Shown one piece after another: positions 40,525-50,365 of a DNA stretch of 64,000 nt. Source of the DNA: an uncultured Gemmatimonadales bacterium (GTDB lineage Bacteria > Gemmatimonadota > Gemmatimonadetes > Gemmatimonadales > Gemmatimonadaceae); the NCBI GenBank assembly GCA_963793305.1, contig CAWBZV010000003.1, forward strand, positions 1,440,001 to 1,504,000. The letters run 5' to 3'. The first letter of the stretch is position 1; each line of letters begins with the position of its first letter. A program made the translations under genes and the position numbers. The notes under the pieces were generated by a model that worked only from the letters and a program-made list of their open reading frames with translations, searched no databases and was not told the DNA's origin.

Positions 40525-40659
40525 ACGTATGAGTGCGAGCTCGCCGATTGGGTCTCGAATCCGCCCGGTCACGCTTGTGATTGGCGCTGCTGTTATCACC
40601 GTGACGAGCGGTGGCAAGCCCGGCGGGGCGCGCGCCGGCTCGACCGCAATGCTGCGCTC

Positions 40660-42150
40660 CTACGGGCGGATGAACGACGCCAGCGTCGCGCCCATGCCGT
40701 CGATGGTCGACTTCGCGTTCCACCGGTCGTAGCCGTTGTAGATGAAGCTGAACGCGAGCACTTCGCCGTCCATGGCGGTGACGTAGCCCCCGAGGGAGAT
40801 CACGTCGTTGGTGGTGCCGGTCTTGGCGTGCAGGTTGCCCTGGGCAGGCGTAAATCGCATCCGATTTCTCAACAACTCCGATTCGCCAGCCACGGGCAGC
40901 GATGCGTGAAACGCCGGCGCCCACGGCGCTTTGTGCGCATACGCCAGGAGATCGACCATGGCCCGAGGCGTAATGCGATCGAGCGTCGAGAGCCCGCTGC
41001 CGTCGGTCACCGTCACGGCGTCCCGAGGAGCATCGACTTTCTCGTTCAGGAAATCTCTGAGCATTGCCGCCCCGAGATCCGCGGACCCCGATTCCTTTCG
41101 CTCCGGCCCCCGCACCGCGTCACGGAACAAGAGCTCGGCGTAGCAGTTAATGCTCTCCCGATTCATCGCCGCAATGATCCGAGCTAACGGCGGCGAGGGC
41201 AGTGACGCCACCGGGATAGCCCCCGCGGTCGTTTGCCCGAGGCGCACGCTGCCCTGCGTACCGACGCCTTGGGACGTCAGCGCGTCGCGCAAGGCACCGG
41301 TGGTGAACAGCGCGGGATCTTCGATGACCAATTCCACGGTATGCGTCGGCGCCCGCGACCCGATCCACCCGCGCGCGTCGACGCCGCCATCGGCGCGCGC
41401 CAGCACGACCACGTGCGTCCCGTAGCTCCCTTCGACGGTCTTGACCGTATTGGCAATCGGGATCGCGCTCGATGAGGGCAGCAGCCCCACCGCCGCGCGG
41501 TTCGGAGCGCCCGGTGAGACAGCGACCCACGCGAGGTTGTCATTCAGCGACAGCGCCGAGATGCGCGGCGCGTACCCGGCGGTCAACCAGCGAGGTTTCC
41601 AGCCGAGTGGGACGGGCTGATCGACGAACGCGGTCGCGTCGCCGATGATGTCGCCGTCGATGCGCTTGATGCCCGCGGCTTTGACGTAGCGCGCCAGCAG
41701 CTGCATCGGCGCGTCCGGTTCGCCGCGGAGGAAGCGGTTCGACAGCGACGGGTCGCCATCGCCACGCAGAATGAGATTGCCGTGGAGCGTGCCCGCGGAG
41801 TCGACCGGGCCATCGCGCAGCACGTCGGTGCTGAACTGGAACTCGGGCCCAAAACGCTCCAATGCAAGCGCCGACGTGAAGAGCTTCATCGTCGATGCCG
41901 GCTGGAGCGGCTGATCCGCGTTCACCTCGTAGAGGGTGTCGCCGCGCGTGAGCGAGACGACGATCACGCCCCAGTGGCCGCTTCTGACGCGGCTGGACAA
42001 CTGACTGGCGAGGTCGCCGGCCAGTGCGGCGCCGGAGCGGGGGGCATCGTAGCGGACGGCCGGCACGGCGGCGGACACGCTCCGTCGATGCCGGTGCGGC
42101 GGGCGGAGCGGCGCGATCGTCAGCGCCAGGAGAAGGAGGCGAGAGAGCAT
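40660..42150 (-). CDS. dacB: D-alanyl-D-alanine carboxypeptidase/endopeptidase (PBP4, S13)
   Basis: PASTMK, GDGDPSL, SIN, DGSGLS, AKTGT; signal peptide; TGATG overlap with the upstream gene. Confidence 0.94.
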   Translation of the reverse strand: MLSRLLLLALTIAPLRPPHRHRRSVSAAVPAVRYDAPRSGAALAGDLASQLSSRVRSGHWGVIVVSLTRGDTLYEVNADQPLQPASTMKLFTSALALERFGPEFQFSTDVLRDGPVDSAGTLHGNLILRGDGDPSLSNRFLRGEPDAPMQLLARYVKAAGIKRIDGDIIGDATAFVDQPVPLGWKPRWLTAGYAPRISALSLNDNLAWVAVSPGAPNRAAVGLLPSSSAIPIANTVKTVEGSYGTHVVVLARADGGVDARGWIGSRAPTHTVELVIEDPALFTTGALRDALTSQGVGTQGSVRLGQTTAGAIPVASLPSPPLARIIAAMNRESINCYAELLFRDAVRGPERKESGSADLGAAMLRDFLNEKVDAPRDAVTVTDGSGLSTLDRITPRAMVDLLAYAHKAPWAPAFHASLPVAGESELLRNRMRFTPAQGNLHAKTGTTNDVISLGGYVTAMDGEVLAFSFIYNGYDRWNAKSTIDGMGATLASFIRP

Positions 42151-43308
42151 CAAATCTTCAGGAAAATCTGGCGACGGTATAACACCGTGAGGACGCCCAG
42201 CCAGAGCAGGACGAAACACACGGCGAAGGTGAGCGAAGCCAATTGCGGCGGGAGCCAGGCGCCGAGGGTCGCGTTGTACAACGCGGTCTCGAGCGACACG
42301 GATTTCCCGCCGACGTTGAGAGTAATCACCGAATAGATCAGTCGTTCCATTGCGGCCGAACCGACGAACGCGACGATCGGGTTCATCCCGAACGCCAGGA
42401 AAGGTGGCGTCCACCGACGGACGTTCTCACCGTCGATCAGCCAGAATGCATACTGCCAGAGTCACGGCCGCCATACCAGCCGTGAACACTACGTACGAGC
42501 TGGTCCAGAGATTCTTGTTGATCGGGAACACCCAATTCCAGACGAGTCCGGCGCACATCCCCATGGCCCCGGCCGCAAACAGCCCATTAAGTCTGTCCGG
42601 AAGAGGCCGCCCCCCACCAATCCATCGCCCAGCCAGGACGCCAATCAGGACGGTTGCCACGGCCGGGATAGTCGACAAAGGACCTTCGGGATCCCAGGTC
42701 TCACTCTGAGCCCAGATGTGATTCCCGGCGGCCCCCCAGTCGAGCAGCGCGCGATCCACGCTAGCCGCCACGGTTGCCGCCGCGGGTTCGAGCGGCCCGG
42801 TGGCCATGACGGCCCAGTATCCAAACAAAATGACCGCGCTCGCGATAATGATCGTGCGCGTACTCGCCCGAAGCGCGATCAGGGCTCCGGCGATGTACGC
42901 CAACCCAATGCGCGGGAGCACGCCCATGATGCGAACGTGGTAGAGTCGGTCGATAATCCGAGCACCGAACGAGGGAAAGTCTCCGCTCCACGTATAAAAC
43001 GGGAACCAATTCACCAAAAGCCCGAACAGAAAAATCAGCGCGCCGCGTCGCAGGATCTGCCGCGTGAGCTCAGCGTCAGTGGCACCGCGAGCGCGCCGGG
43101 CATTGGCCGACAAGTGGGTCGTAATGCCGACAATGAACAAAAAGAACGGGAAGACAAGATCCGTCGGCGTCCACCCGTTCCACGCCGCGTGCTCGAGCGG
43201 CGGATAGATGTGCCCCCAGCTTCCCGGATCGTTCACCAGCAGCATGCCGGCGACGGTGATCCCCCGGAACACGTCCAGCGAGACGAGCCGATCTTTAGGG
43301 CTTGCCAC
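42150..43308 (-). CDS. HGSNAT/DUF5009-like membrane acyltransferase, +1 frameshift at ~42445
   Basis: [47 protein letters not shown]...RRQIFLKI is in the next frame. Confidence 0.88.
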
Positions 43309-43864
43309 TCGGTGGTACTGGTGGCCCGACCAACTTGACGGTCGCCCGCGGACCATGCCATCCGGCGCTGTCGCACGCCAGCGGGTAATCCACCGCCGGC
43401 ACCGTGTGCCCGTCCGCTTTGCCGCTGATGTACGTGCCGCTGAGACGGATCGTCGCATGCTGCGCGTCGGTCCGCTTGAACCCGTGGTAGGCGACGAGGA
43501 GTGACGCGTAGTCGCCGATCGACGTGAGCTTCGTCTTCACGATCGCCTGCTGGTCGCCCGATGCGGGATACATGTACGTCGGCCCTTTGTCTTGCAGCGC
43601 AAGGATGCCGGCGTCCGGTGGCGTGGTGTCGGTACCCGGGACATACAAGAACCGCTGTGGCGTCGGGTCAGCCGCGCTCGTGACGAAATCCCGGACGCCG
43701 CGGAAGACGACCGCGCTGTCGGCCGCGAGCCGGCACGCGTCCCGGTTGTACCGTCCGACCGCTCCCGAATCCGCGCACGCCGCGGTCAGTACCGCGACGC
43801 CGATCAGCTGGGCCGCCAGCCGACCTGGGCGGCCGCCGCGTGATCCTCGCCGCGTTGCGCCCAT
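43295..43864 (-). CDS. Hypothetical lipoprotein
   Basis: Basic N-region, hydrophobic stretch and LTAAC lipobox; start uncertain. Confidence 0.65.
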   Translation of the reverse strand: MGATRRGSRGGRPGRLAAQLIGVAVLTAACADSGAVGRYNRDACRLAADSAVVFRGVRDFVTSAADPTPQRFLYVPGTDTTPPDAGILALQDKGPTYMYPASGDQQAIVKTKLTSIGDYASLLVAYHGFKRTDAQHATIRLSGTYISGKADGHTVPAVDYPLACDSAGWHGPRATVKLVGPPVPPSGKP

Positions 43865-44619
43865 TTGAAGAACACGATGCTCATGATGATGTAGAACACG
43901 ATCCCGCCGGGGATCCACATAATGAGGCCACCCAACTGCTGATCCTCGAGCGGGCTCAGTCCCCAGATCCTCGGCGCCGCTTCGTACGCCGGGTAGAGGA
44001 CGTGGTCGGCCATCGCGATGTAGATCGCGACGATCGACATGGGAATGCTCATGAGGAAGCAATACAGCATCTGCCCGGGGTAGGCGAGCCGGGGCAGCTC
44101 CGGCAAAGGACTCAGGAATGGCCACCACATGAGCACCGCGGCGACCAGGAACATCAAGTGCTCGACAATGTGCACTGGATGATCGGCCATCGCCAGGTTG
44201 TAGGGGCCTGGGAGATGCCAGCCGATCATCATGAGGTTGAAGATGACGAATGCCTGCTTGGGCCCCGTAAGCCACCGGGCGACGGGTCCTACGCCCGGGA
44301 TCCCGAGCGCCGGCCGCAACATCCAGCCCGGCGTGCCCGCTACCAATAGCGGTGCCACCACGAAGATCAGCACCAGGTGCTGGACCATGTGGGCCGAGAA
44401 CAGGTCGTAGTCCGACAGGTCGTGCAGCGGGCCGTTCAGCGCCAGGAACATCGCCAGCAGTCCGCCGGCGAACGCGATCGTCTGGCCTTTGGTCGGCCGC
44501 TTTCCCTCTACCCGCGACCGCCAGGCATAGAGCGTCCCGAGTCCCGCTATGCCAACGACGGTGCTCCAGTGAACGGAAAAGCCAGCCGCTGGGATCGGCC
44601 CGGCCGGGTGTAGCAGCAC
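43804..44619 (-). CDS. ctaG: caa3-type cytochrome c oxidase assembly factor
   Basis: LFSAHMVQHL, WHLP, HIVEH, DQQLGGLIMWIPG. Confidence 0.9.
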   Translation of the reverse strand: MLLHPAGPIPAAGFSVHWSTVVGIAGLGTLYAWRSRVEGKRPTKGQTIAFAGGLLAMFLALNGPLHDLSDYDLFSAHMVQHLVLIFVVAPLLVAGTPGWMLRPALGIPGVGPVARWLTGPKQAFVIFNLMMIGWHLPGPYNLAMADHPVHIVEHLMFLVAAVLMWWPFLSPLPELPRLAYPGQMLYCFLMSIPMSIVAIYIAMADHVLYPAYEAAPRIWGLSPLEDQQLGGLIMWIPGGIVFYIIMSIVFFKWAQRGEDHAAAAQVGWRPS

Positions 44620-44622
44620 GAG

Positions 44623-44964
44623 TTACGTCAGGAGGCTCAGGTGAATCGCGAATTTCCCGAACAGGAACATGAGCACGATGATGGTCGCCATCGCAACAAG
44701 GAATGGCCCGGTGAACAACGCGCGATACAGCCGTGCGTCGTACTTGAGGTGCATGTAGAACAACACGACGATAACGAACTTGATCGCCGACAAAATCAGC
44801 AGGGTCGGCACGAAGTAAGCGGTCTCGGGGAAGCCTTTCAGGTAGTAACACCACACTTCGATAACCGTAATGACGGTCAGGATCAGCGCGACCTTCCAGT
44901 AGGTCGACCACGTCGGATGAGCCTCGTGGGCTTCCGCATGTCCCGCAGCGTGTTGATCGCTCAT
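44623..44964 (-). CDS. Cytochrome c oxidase subunit IV
   Basis: YWKVALILTVITVIEV, KFVIVVLFYMHLKYD; ATGA coupling. Confidence 0.9.
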   Translation of the reverse strand: MSDQHAAGHAEAHEAHPTWSTYWKVALILTVITVIEVWCYYLKGFPETAYFVPTLLILSAIKFVIVVLFYMHLKYDARLYRALFTGPFLVAMATIIVLMFLFGKFAIHLSLLT

Positions 44965-45623
44965 TTGATGAGATAAATGAGGGTGAAGATCGCGATCCAG
45001 ACGACGTCGACGAAGTGCCAGTACAGGGCCATGATATCGACGTTGAGCGCGTCCTTTGGCCCGAGCCCGCGCTTGAAGTCGATGCCGAGCATGGTGAGCA
45101 GCCACAACACGCCCGCGGTCACGTGCGCGCCGTGGAACCCGGTGAGCGTAAAGAAGGACGAGCCGAAGAGGTTCGTCCTGATCGTCAGCCCTTCATGCAC
45201 GAAGGACGTAAACTCGTACGCCTGAAACGACAGAAACGTCGCGCCGAGCGCCGCGGTCGTAAAGAGCCAGAGCTTGGAGCTCCCGAGGATGCGATCGCCG
45301 AGCGTGTGCTTCGGCACGTCGCGATTCTCGACGGCGGCGAGCGCGAGCACCATGGCCAGCGACGACATGAGCAGCACGAACGTCGAGCACGACGTCACGG
45401 GAATGTTCAGGATCGCCTTGTAGACGTGATGCGTCGACGGATCCGTCCACGCCTCATGCGGGAAGGGCCCGCTGATCGACCGCCCCTTGTAGATGAGATA
45501 CGTCGAGATCAGCGACGCGAAGAGCATGCACTCCGAACCGATGAACGCCCAGATGGCGATCTTCCGGTGCGGCAGCCCGGTGGTGGTATACCCGTGACCG
45601 ACGTCAGCGGCGGTGGCGGTCAT
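44961..45623 (-). CDS. ctaE: Cytochrome c oxidase subunit III
   Basis: WAFIGSECMLF, LLMSS, FFTLTGFHGAHV, YWHFVDVVW. Confidence 0.95.
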   Translation of the reverse strand: MTATAADVGHGYTTTGLPHRKIAIWAFIGSECMLFASLISTYLIYKGRSISGPFPHEAWTDPSTHHVYKAILNIPVTSCSTFVLLMSSLAMVLALAAVENRDVPKHTLGDRILGSSKLWLFTTAALGATFLSFQAYEFTSFVHEGLTIRTNLFGSSFFTLTGFHGAHVTAGVLWLLTMLGIDFKRGLGPKDALNVDIMALYWHFVDVVWIAIFTLIYLIK

Positions 45624-47510
45624 GCGTGGTGGTGCTCCGGTTCGAGTGGGGTGGTGAGCCACCAGTACAGGCACCCGACCAGCATCGCGGCGCCACCGTA
45701 CATGAAGATGTAATGCGGCAACTTGTTTTCGAGGTGCATCAACATGAGCCCACCGAACATGATGGGCAGCGCCAGCGCGGTGAGCAGCGGCTTGAGCGTA
45801 TGGTACGGCATCGGAATCCCGAGCTCGGCCGCGGTCGGCGCTGGCGCCTCACTGTGCATCGGCGTATTCGGAACCGGCGTCGAGGCGAGCGGCGGCTTAA
45901 CGTCCCACAACGGATAGCGCGAGGTCACCTTCGGAATCGTCGCGAAGTTATACGGCGGCGGCGGTGAGGGGATCGACCACTCGAGCGTGCCCGCTCCCCA
46001 TGGATCGTTGCCGGCGATCCGGCCCGATCTCGCACTCTTCCAGAATGTTGTAGACGAGGATCAACGTCGCCGGGACGAGCAGGTAGGCGCCCATCGTCGA
46101 CAGGAAGTTGAACGTGTCCCATCCCTGGCCGGCGTCGTACGTCCAGATCCGCCGCGGCATGCCGAGCAGACCGGAGAAGTGCATCGGGAAGAACACCAGG
46201 TTGGACCCGAAGAAGTTGATCCAGAAGTGCCACTTGCCGAGCCGCTCATCCAAGAGACGCCCGGTGAACTTCGGGAAGTACGTATAGAGCCCGGCGAACA
46301 GGCCCATGAGCGACCCGCCGAAGATCACGTAGTGGAAGTGTCCGACGACGAAATAGGTATCCGTCTGTTGCAAGTCGGCCGGTGGCGACGAGTGCATGAC
46401 GCCGGAAATCCCACCAATCGTAAACATGGCCACCATCCCAATGGCGAACATGGCGGCCGTGGTAAACCGAATCGATCCGCCCCAGAGTGTGAAAATCCAG
46501 TTGAAGATTTTCACGCCAGTAGGAATGGCGATGAGCATCGTCGTGACGGCGAAGAACGAGTCGGCAATCGGACCCATGCCCACCGCGAACATGTGGTGAG
46601 CCCATACGCCGAATCCGAGCATGCCAATGAGAATGCCCGAGTACACCATGACGGGATATCCGAACAGCGGCTTCCGCGCGAACGTCGGCATGACTTCTGA
46701 CACGAGCCCGAACGCCGGCAGCACGAGGATGTAGACCTCGGGGTGCCCGAAGATCCAGAAGAGATGCTGCCAGAGCAGCGGATCAGCGCCGCGGGCGATC
46801 TCGTAGAAGTTCGTCCCGAAGAACCGGTCGAACAACAAGAACACCAACGCAATGGTGATAACCGGGAATGCCAAAATAATCAGGAACTGCACCACGAACG
46901 ACATCCACGTGAACAGCGGCATCCGCATGAGATTCATGCCGGGCGCCCGCATGTTGATGATCGTCGTGATGAAGTTGAACCCGGCGGCGAGCGACGAGAT
47001 GCCGAGGATCTGGAGACCGATCACCCAGAAGTCGATGTTCAGTCCGGGCGAGTACACCTTGGTCGTGAGCGGCGCGTAGCCGAACCATCCACCGTTCGGC
47101 GCGGCGCCGAACAGGATCGGCAGCGTAATGAAGATGCCGCCGAAGAGATACACCCAGTAGCTGAAGGCATTGAGCCGCGGGAACGCGACGTCACGGGCGC
47201 CGATCTGCAATGGAATCAGCAGATTGAAGAACGCCGCCGACAACGGCATGATCACGAGGAAGATCATGGTCGTGCCGTGCATCGTGAACAGCTGATTGTA
47301 CAGCTCGGCCGAGACGATATGCTGGTTCGGCCGCATGAGCTGCGTCCGCATGATCTCGGCCTCGAGGCCGCCGATCAGCATGAACGTCAGCGCCGTGAAG
47401 AGGTACAGCGAGCCGATGCGCTTGTGGTCCGTCGTGGCGAGCCAGCTCCATACGCCATACGGCTCGTCGGCCGTTCGCGGAACGACCAGCGGCGCGGCGA
47501 TCGTTGCCAT
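45620..47510 (-). CDS. ctaD: Cytochrome c oxidase subunit I (A1 type), +1 frameshift at ~46044
   Basis: DHKRIG, FTMHG, FGHPEVY, WAHH, HFH, MPRR. NDPWGAGTLEW...PYNF is in the next frame. Confidence 0.95.
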
Positions 47511-47525
47511 ATCTGCCTTAGTCTC

Positions 47526-48818
47526 CTACTTGAGTTCCTGCAGATACGCCACGATGTCGGCGATCTGCTGGTCCGTCAGCGTACCCAGCGGCGACACGTG
47601 GCCCGTCTGTGGGTCCATCTGACCTTTGCCCAGGACGGGCATGAGCACATCGGGCTTGTCCATGTGCGCGTTCTTGACCCAGTACCGCAGATGCTGCGTG
47701 TCGTTCGGATAGAGCGCCGCCGCGATCGTGTAGCGCAACCCGACGTGCGTCAGGTTCGGGCCGACAATGCCGACTGATGACGGGTTGCCTTTGATCGTGT
47801 GGCAGCCGATGCAGGCCTGACTGCTGTACGTCTTGAAGCCCGCGACCGGGTCGCCCTTCATGCTCATGTCGAACGTCTCTTCCGTCGGCAGCGGCGTCTC
47901 GGGCGTGAAGTTCGGCGGCAGCTTGTCTTTCGGGAACACGTACCCCGTATCAACCGTCGTCTGTACGACCACGTTAGCAACCGGCCGGACGAGCGAGGCG
48001 GAGCCGGATGCATCCGTGGTCTTCGCGGGAGCCGCCGGTGCACCGGGCGCGGTCGCCGAAGGCGCTGTGTTATTCGCGATGGGGTAAACGGCCGCGCCGG
48101 CCTGATGCCGGGCCCAACTCTCGAAGTCGGCCGGCGGCACGGTGAACACCCGGAACCGCATCTCCGCGTGCGATGATCCGCAGTATTCGTTACACGTCCC
48201 ATTCCAAGCCTGCTCGCCGAGATTCGAATCCGGCGTAAACCACAGATAGTTCGTGTGATTCGAGATGACGTCCCGCTTCCCGCCGAGCTGCGGAATCCAG
48301 AAGCTGTGCAGCACGTCCACGGTGCGCAGCGCGAAGTTCACCTTTCGCCCATTCGGCAGATACAGCTCGTTCGCGGTCACGACATTGTACTGCGGATACC
48401 GGAACTCCCACCACCACTGGTGCCCATACACCTCGACCTGCAACGCACTGGCTTCGGCCTTCGCCTGCGTCGAGAAGATGGTCTTCACCGTGGGCACGGC
48501 GATGAGCGCCAAGATCACCGCGGGTATCGCGGTCCACGTGATCTCGAGCGCCGTATTGCCGTGCACGTGCTCGGGCTCCGGGCCACCATCGCGATGCCGG
48601 TACCGGATGATCGTGTAGACCAGCAGGGACTCGACGAGGATGAACACCGCGATGCCCAGATAGAGCAGGATGTTCCAGATGTGGTCGATTTCCCGGCCGA
48701 ATTCGCTGTGCGGCGCGAACGTCGTGTTGGGATACTTGTCGACGCCGCACGCTGCGAGAGCGACGACGCCAAGCGCCAACGTCGCCAGCCACCAGCGCTT
48801 ACCTGAGAATGAACGCAT
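47526..48818 (-). CDS. ctaC: Cytochrome c oxidase subunit II with fused cytochrome c (caa3 type), lipoprotein
   Basis: LAAC lipobox, HQWWW, CuA ligands HSFW...CNEYCGSSHAEM, heme c CIGCH. Confidence 0.95.
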   Translation of the reverse strand: MRSFSGKRWWLATLALGVVALAACGVDKYPNTTFAPHSEFGREIDHIWNILLYLGIAVFILVESLLVYTIIRYRHRDGGPEPEHVHGNTALEITWTAIPAVILALIAVPTVKTIFSTQAKAEASALQVEVYGHQWWWEFRYPQYNVVTANELYLPNGRKVNFALRTVDVLHSFWIPQLGGKRDVISNHTNYLWFTPDSNLGEQAWNGTCNEYCGSSHAEMRFRVFTVPPADFESWARHQAGAAVYPIANNTAPSATAPGAPAAPAKTTDASGSASLVRPVANVVVQTTVDTGYVFPKDKLPPNFTPETPLPTEETFDMSMKGDPVAGFKTYSSQACIGCHTIKGNPSSVGIVGPNLTHVGLRYTIAAALYPNDTQHLRYWVKNAHMDKPDVLMPVLGKGQMDPQTGHVSPLGTLTDQQIADIVAYLQELK

Positions 48819-48900
48819 GAGAAGGGAGAGGAGGTCCACCCGTGCTACGTGCCGCCAACAAACTAATCAGTCCCGCGCCCCCCTGTCACCATGTCGCTAC

Positions 48901-49266
48901 TCAGTGCTCCACTTTCTCCGTATGGAGCTCGATCGTCTTGGCGACGGCGATTTCCAGGGCCGTTCGCACCTGAGCGACGGTCTCTCGGAGGCTCCGGAGG
49001 CGGACCTTGTCACTCCCGGTCCGCCCGGCGACGACCATCGCGGCCGCCAGTTGATCGGAGATCATCCCGAACTGCCCCTTGAGCAGTCCGACCATTGGCG
49101 TTCCCGCTCGCTTGATCTGTGCACCATAGATCGTGGCGGGCTGTGCATTCTTGACCGCCATCGCGAACTGCTCGACGAGCCCATGCACTCGCTGCAGCTG
49201 GGTCTGCGCGGTCTCCAGCGTCTTCATCTTCTCGATGCCCGCTCCATCCATCTTTGCGCCAGCCAT
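48901..49266 (-). CDS. Hypothetical helical-bundle protein
   Basis: TAATG coupling with the upstream gene; coding-like composition. Confidence 0.75.
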   Translation of the reverse strand: MAGAKMDGAGIEKMKTLETAQTQLQRVHGLVEQFAMAVKNAQPATIYGAQIKRAGTPMVGLLKGQFGMISDQLAAAMVVAGRTGSDKVRLRSLRETVAQVRTALEIAVAKTIELHTEKVEH

Positions 49267-50336
49267 TATCGCACCCGTTCCATTCGAGGGTTCGGCCGCG
49301 ACTCACTGCCTGCTCTCATACGCAGCGGCCCGTCTAACTTGACGAGCGCCGCCTGGAATCCGGTTCGCCCGGCGAGGAGAGCGGCTCCAATCCCGTAGGC
49401 ATCGACCGGCACGCCTTCCTCCTCGAACGCCCGGATGCGCTCGACCGTAAACCCGCTCGACGCGAGGATCTTGATCTCCCCCAGTCCCTCGCCGTCGAGG
49501 GCGTTCCGGACATTCCAGACGAGCTGCGGGTTGACCCCCGTCGGGTCGAACGTCCCCATCGCCGAGATGATGGATGTATCGACCAGGTTTTCCGACGTGG
49601 CGAGCTGGACGCCCCACAGCCTTCCCGCCTCGAGCGCGTGCGCGACGTCGAGCGCGGTACGCACCGAGTCGTCCTCATAATCGACGGGGACTATGATCTG
49701 AACCGCGGGGTCAATGTGGTTGGCGAAGGTCCGTGCGGCGAGCGGCGTATCCCCGCCAAACGCGGCAATGAACGCGTGCGACACGAGCGCCAGGGCAGGC
49801 ATCCCTCGTGGGACCGGCATGGGCGGGTCAGCCGAAATCGGGAGAGCCCCCGCGATGTGAGCCGCCAGCACGTCGCCCGCTTGGGTCAGCCAATGGTCGT
49901 GTCGCGCCGGAAACGCCATGATCGGCTTGGGTCGTGCCGCATCCACAAACGCTCTCGCGTTCGTACTCACCCGCGTCCGCCGCGCGAGCGTGCCCAGGAC
50001 GAGTGGCTCCAAGTGCGCGAACCGCTCGTAAGGCCCCTCGATGGTCATGACCGTCTCGCCGGCCTCGGCGCGGTCGCCGTCGTACAGCGAATGCACGGTC
50101 ACGGACGCCCAGTCGTCGATGCACAATCTCAGCAACGCAATCGACTCGTCGGTCCCACCCATCAGGCACGTTCGCTCAGCGGTGACCTGAACACAGACCT
50201 GGGGAGAGCGACCCTCAGCCAGCAGAATCTCACGGACGCGCGCCGCGGATTTGTCAGTGGAATGCCCCAGACGGAGCCGCTCAACCGGGAGGTTGAAGGA
50301 CGCCGGCTCCAGGCGCTTTCTTCGTCGTGGCGGCAT
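49266..50336 (-). CDS. Nicotinate/quinolinate phosphoribosyltransferase-like protein, motifs degenerate
   Basis: VMTIEGPY, FPARHDHW, VDYEDDSV, GVNPQLVWNVRNALD, VPVDAYG type II PRTase layout. Confidence 0.8.
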   Translation of the reverse strand: MPPRRRKRLEPASFNLPVERLRLGHSTDKSAARVREILLAEGRSPQVCVQVTAERTCLMGGTDESIALLRLCIDDWASVTVHSLYDGDRAEAGETVMTIEGPYERFAHLEPLVLGTLARRTRVSTNARAFVDAARPKPIMAFPARHDHWLTQAGDVLAAHIAGALPISADPPMPVPRGMPALALVSHAFIAAFGGDTPLAARTFANHIDPAVQIIVPVDYEDDSVRTALDVAHALEAGRLWGVQLATSENLVDTSIISAMGTFDPTGVNPQLVWNVRNALDGEGLGEIKILASSGFTVERIRAFEEEGVPVDAYGIGAALLAGRTGFQAALVKLDGPLRMRAGSESRPNPRMERVR

Positions 50337-50365
50337 GCTTGGGCGGAAAGGTAACTTTAGATCTT

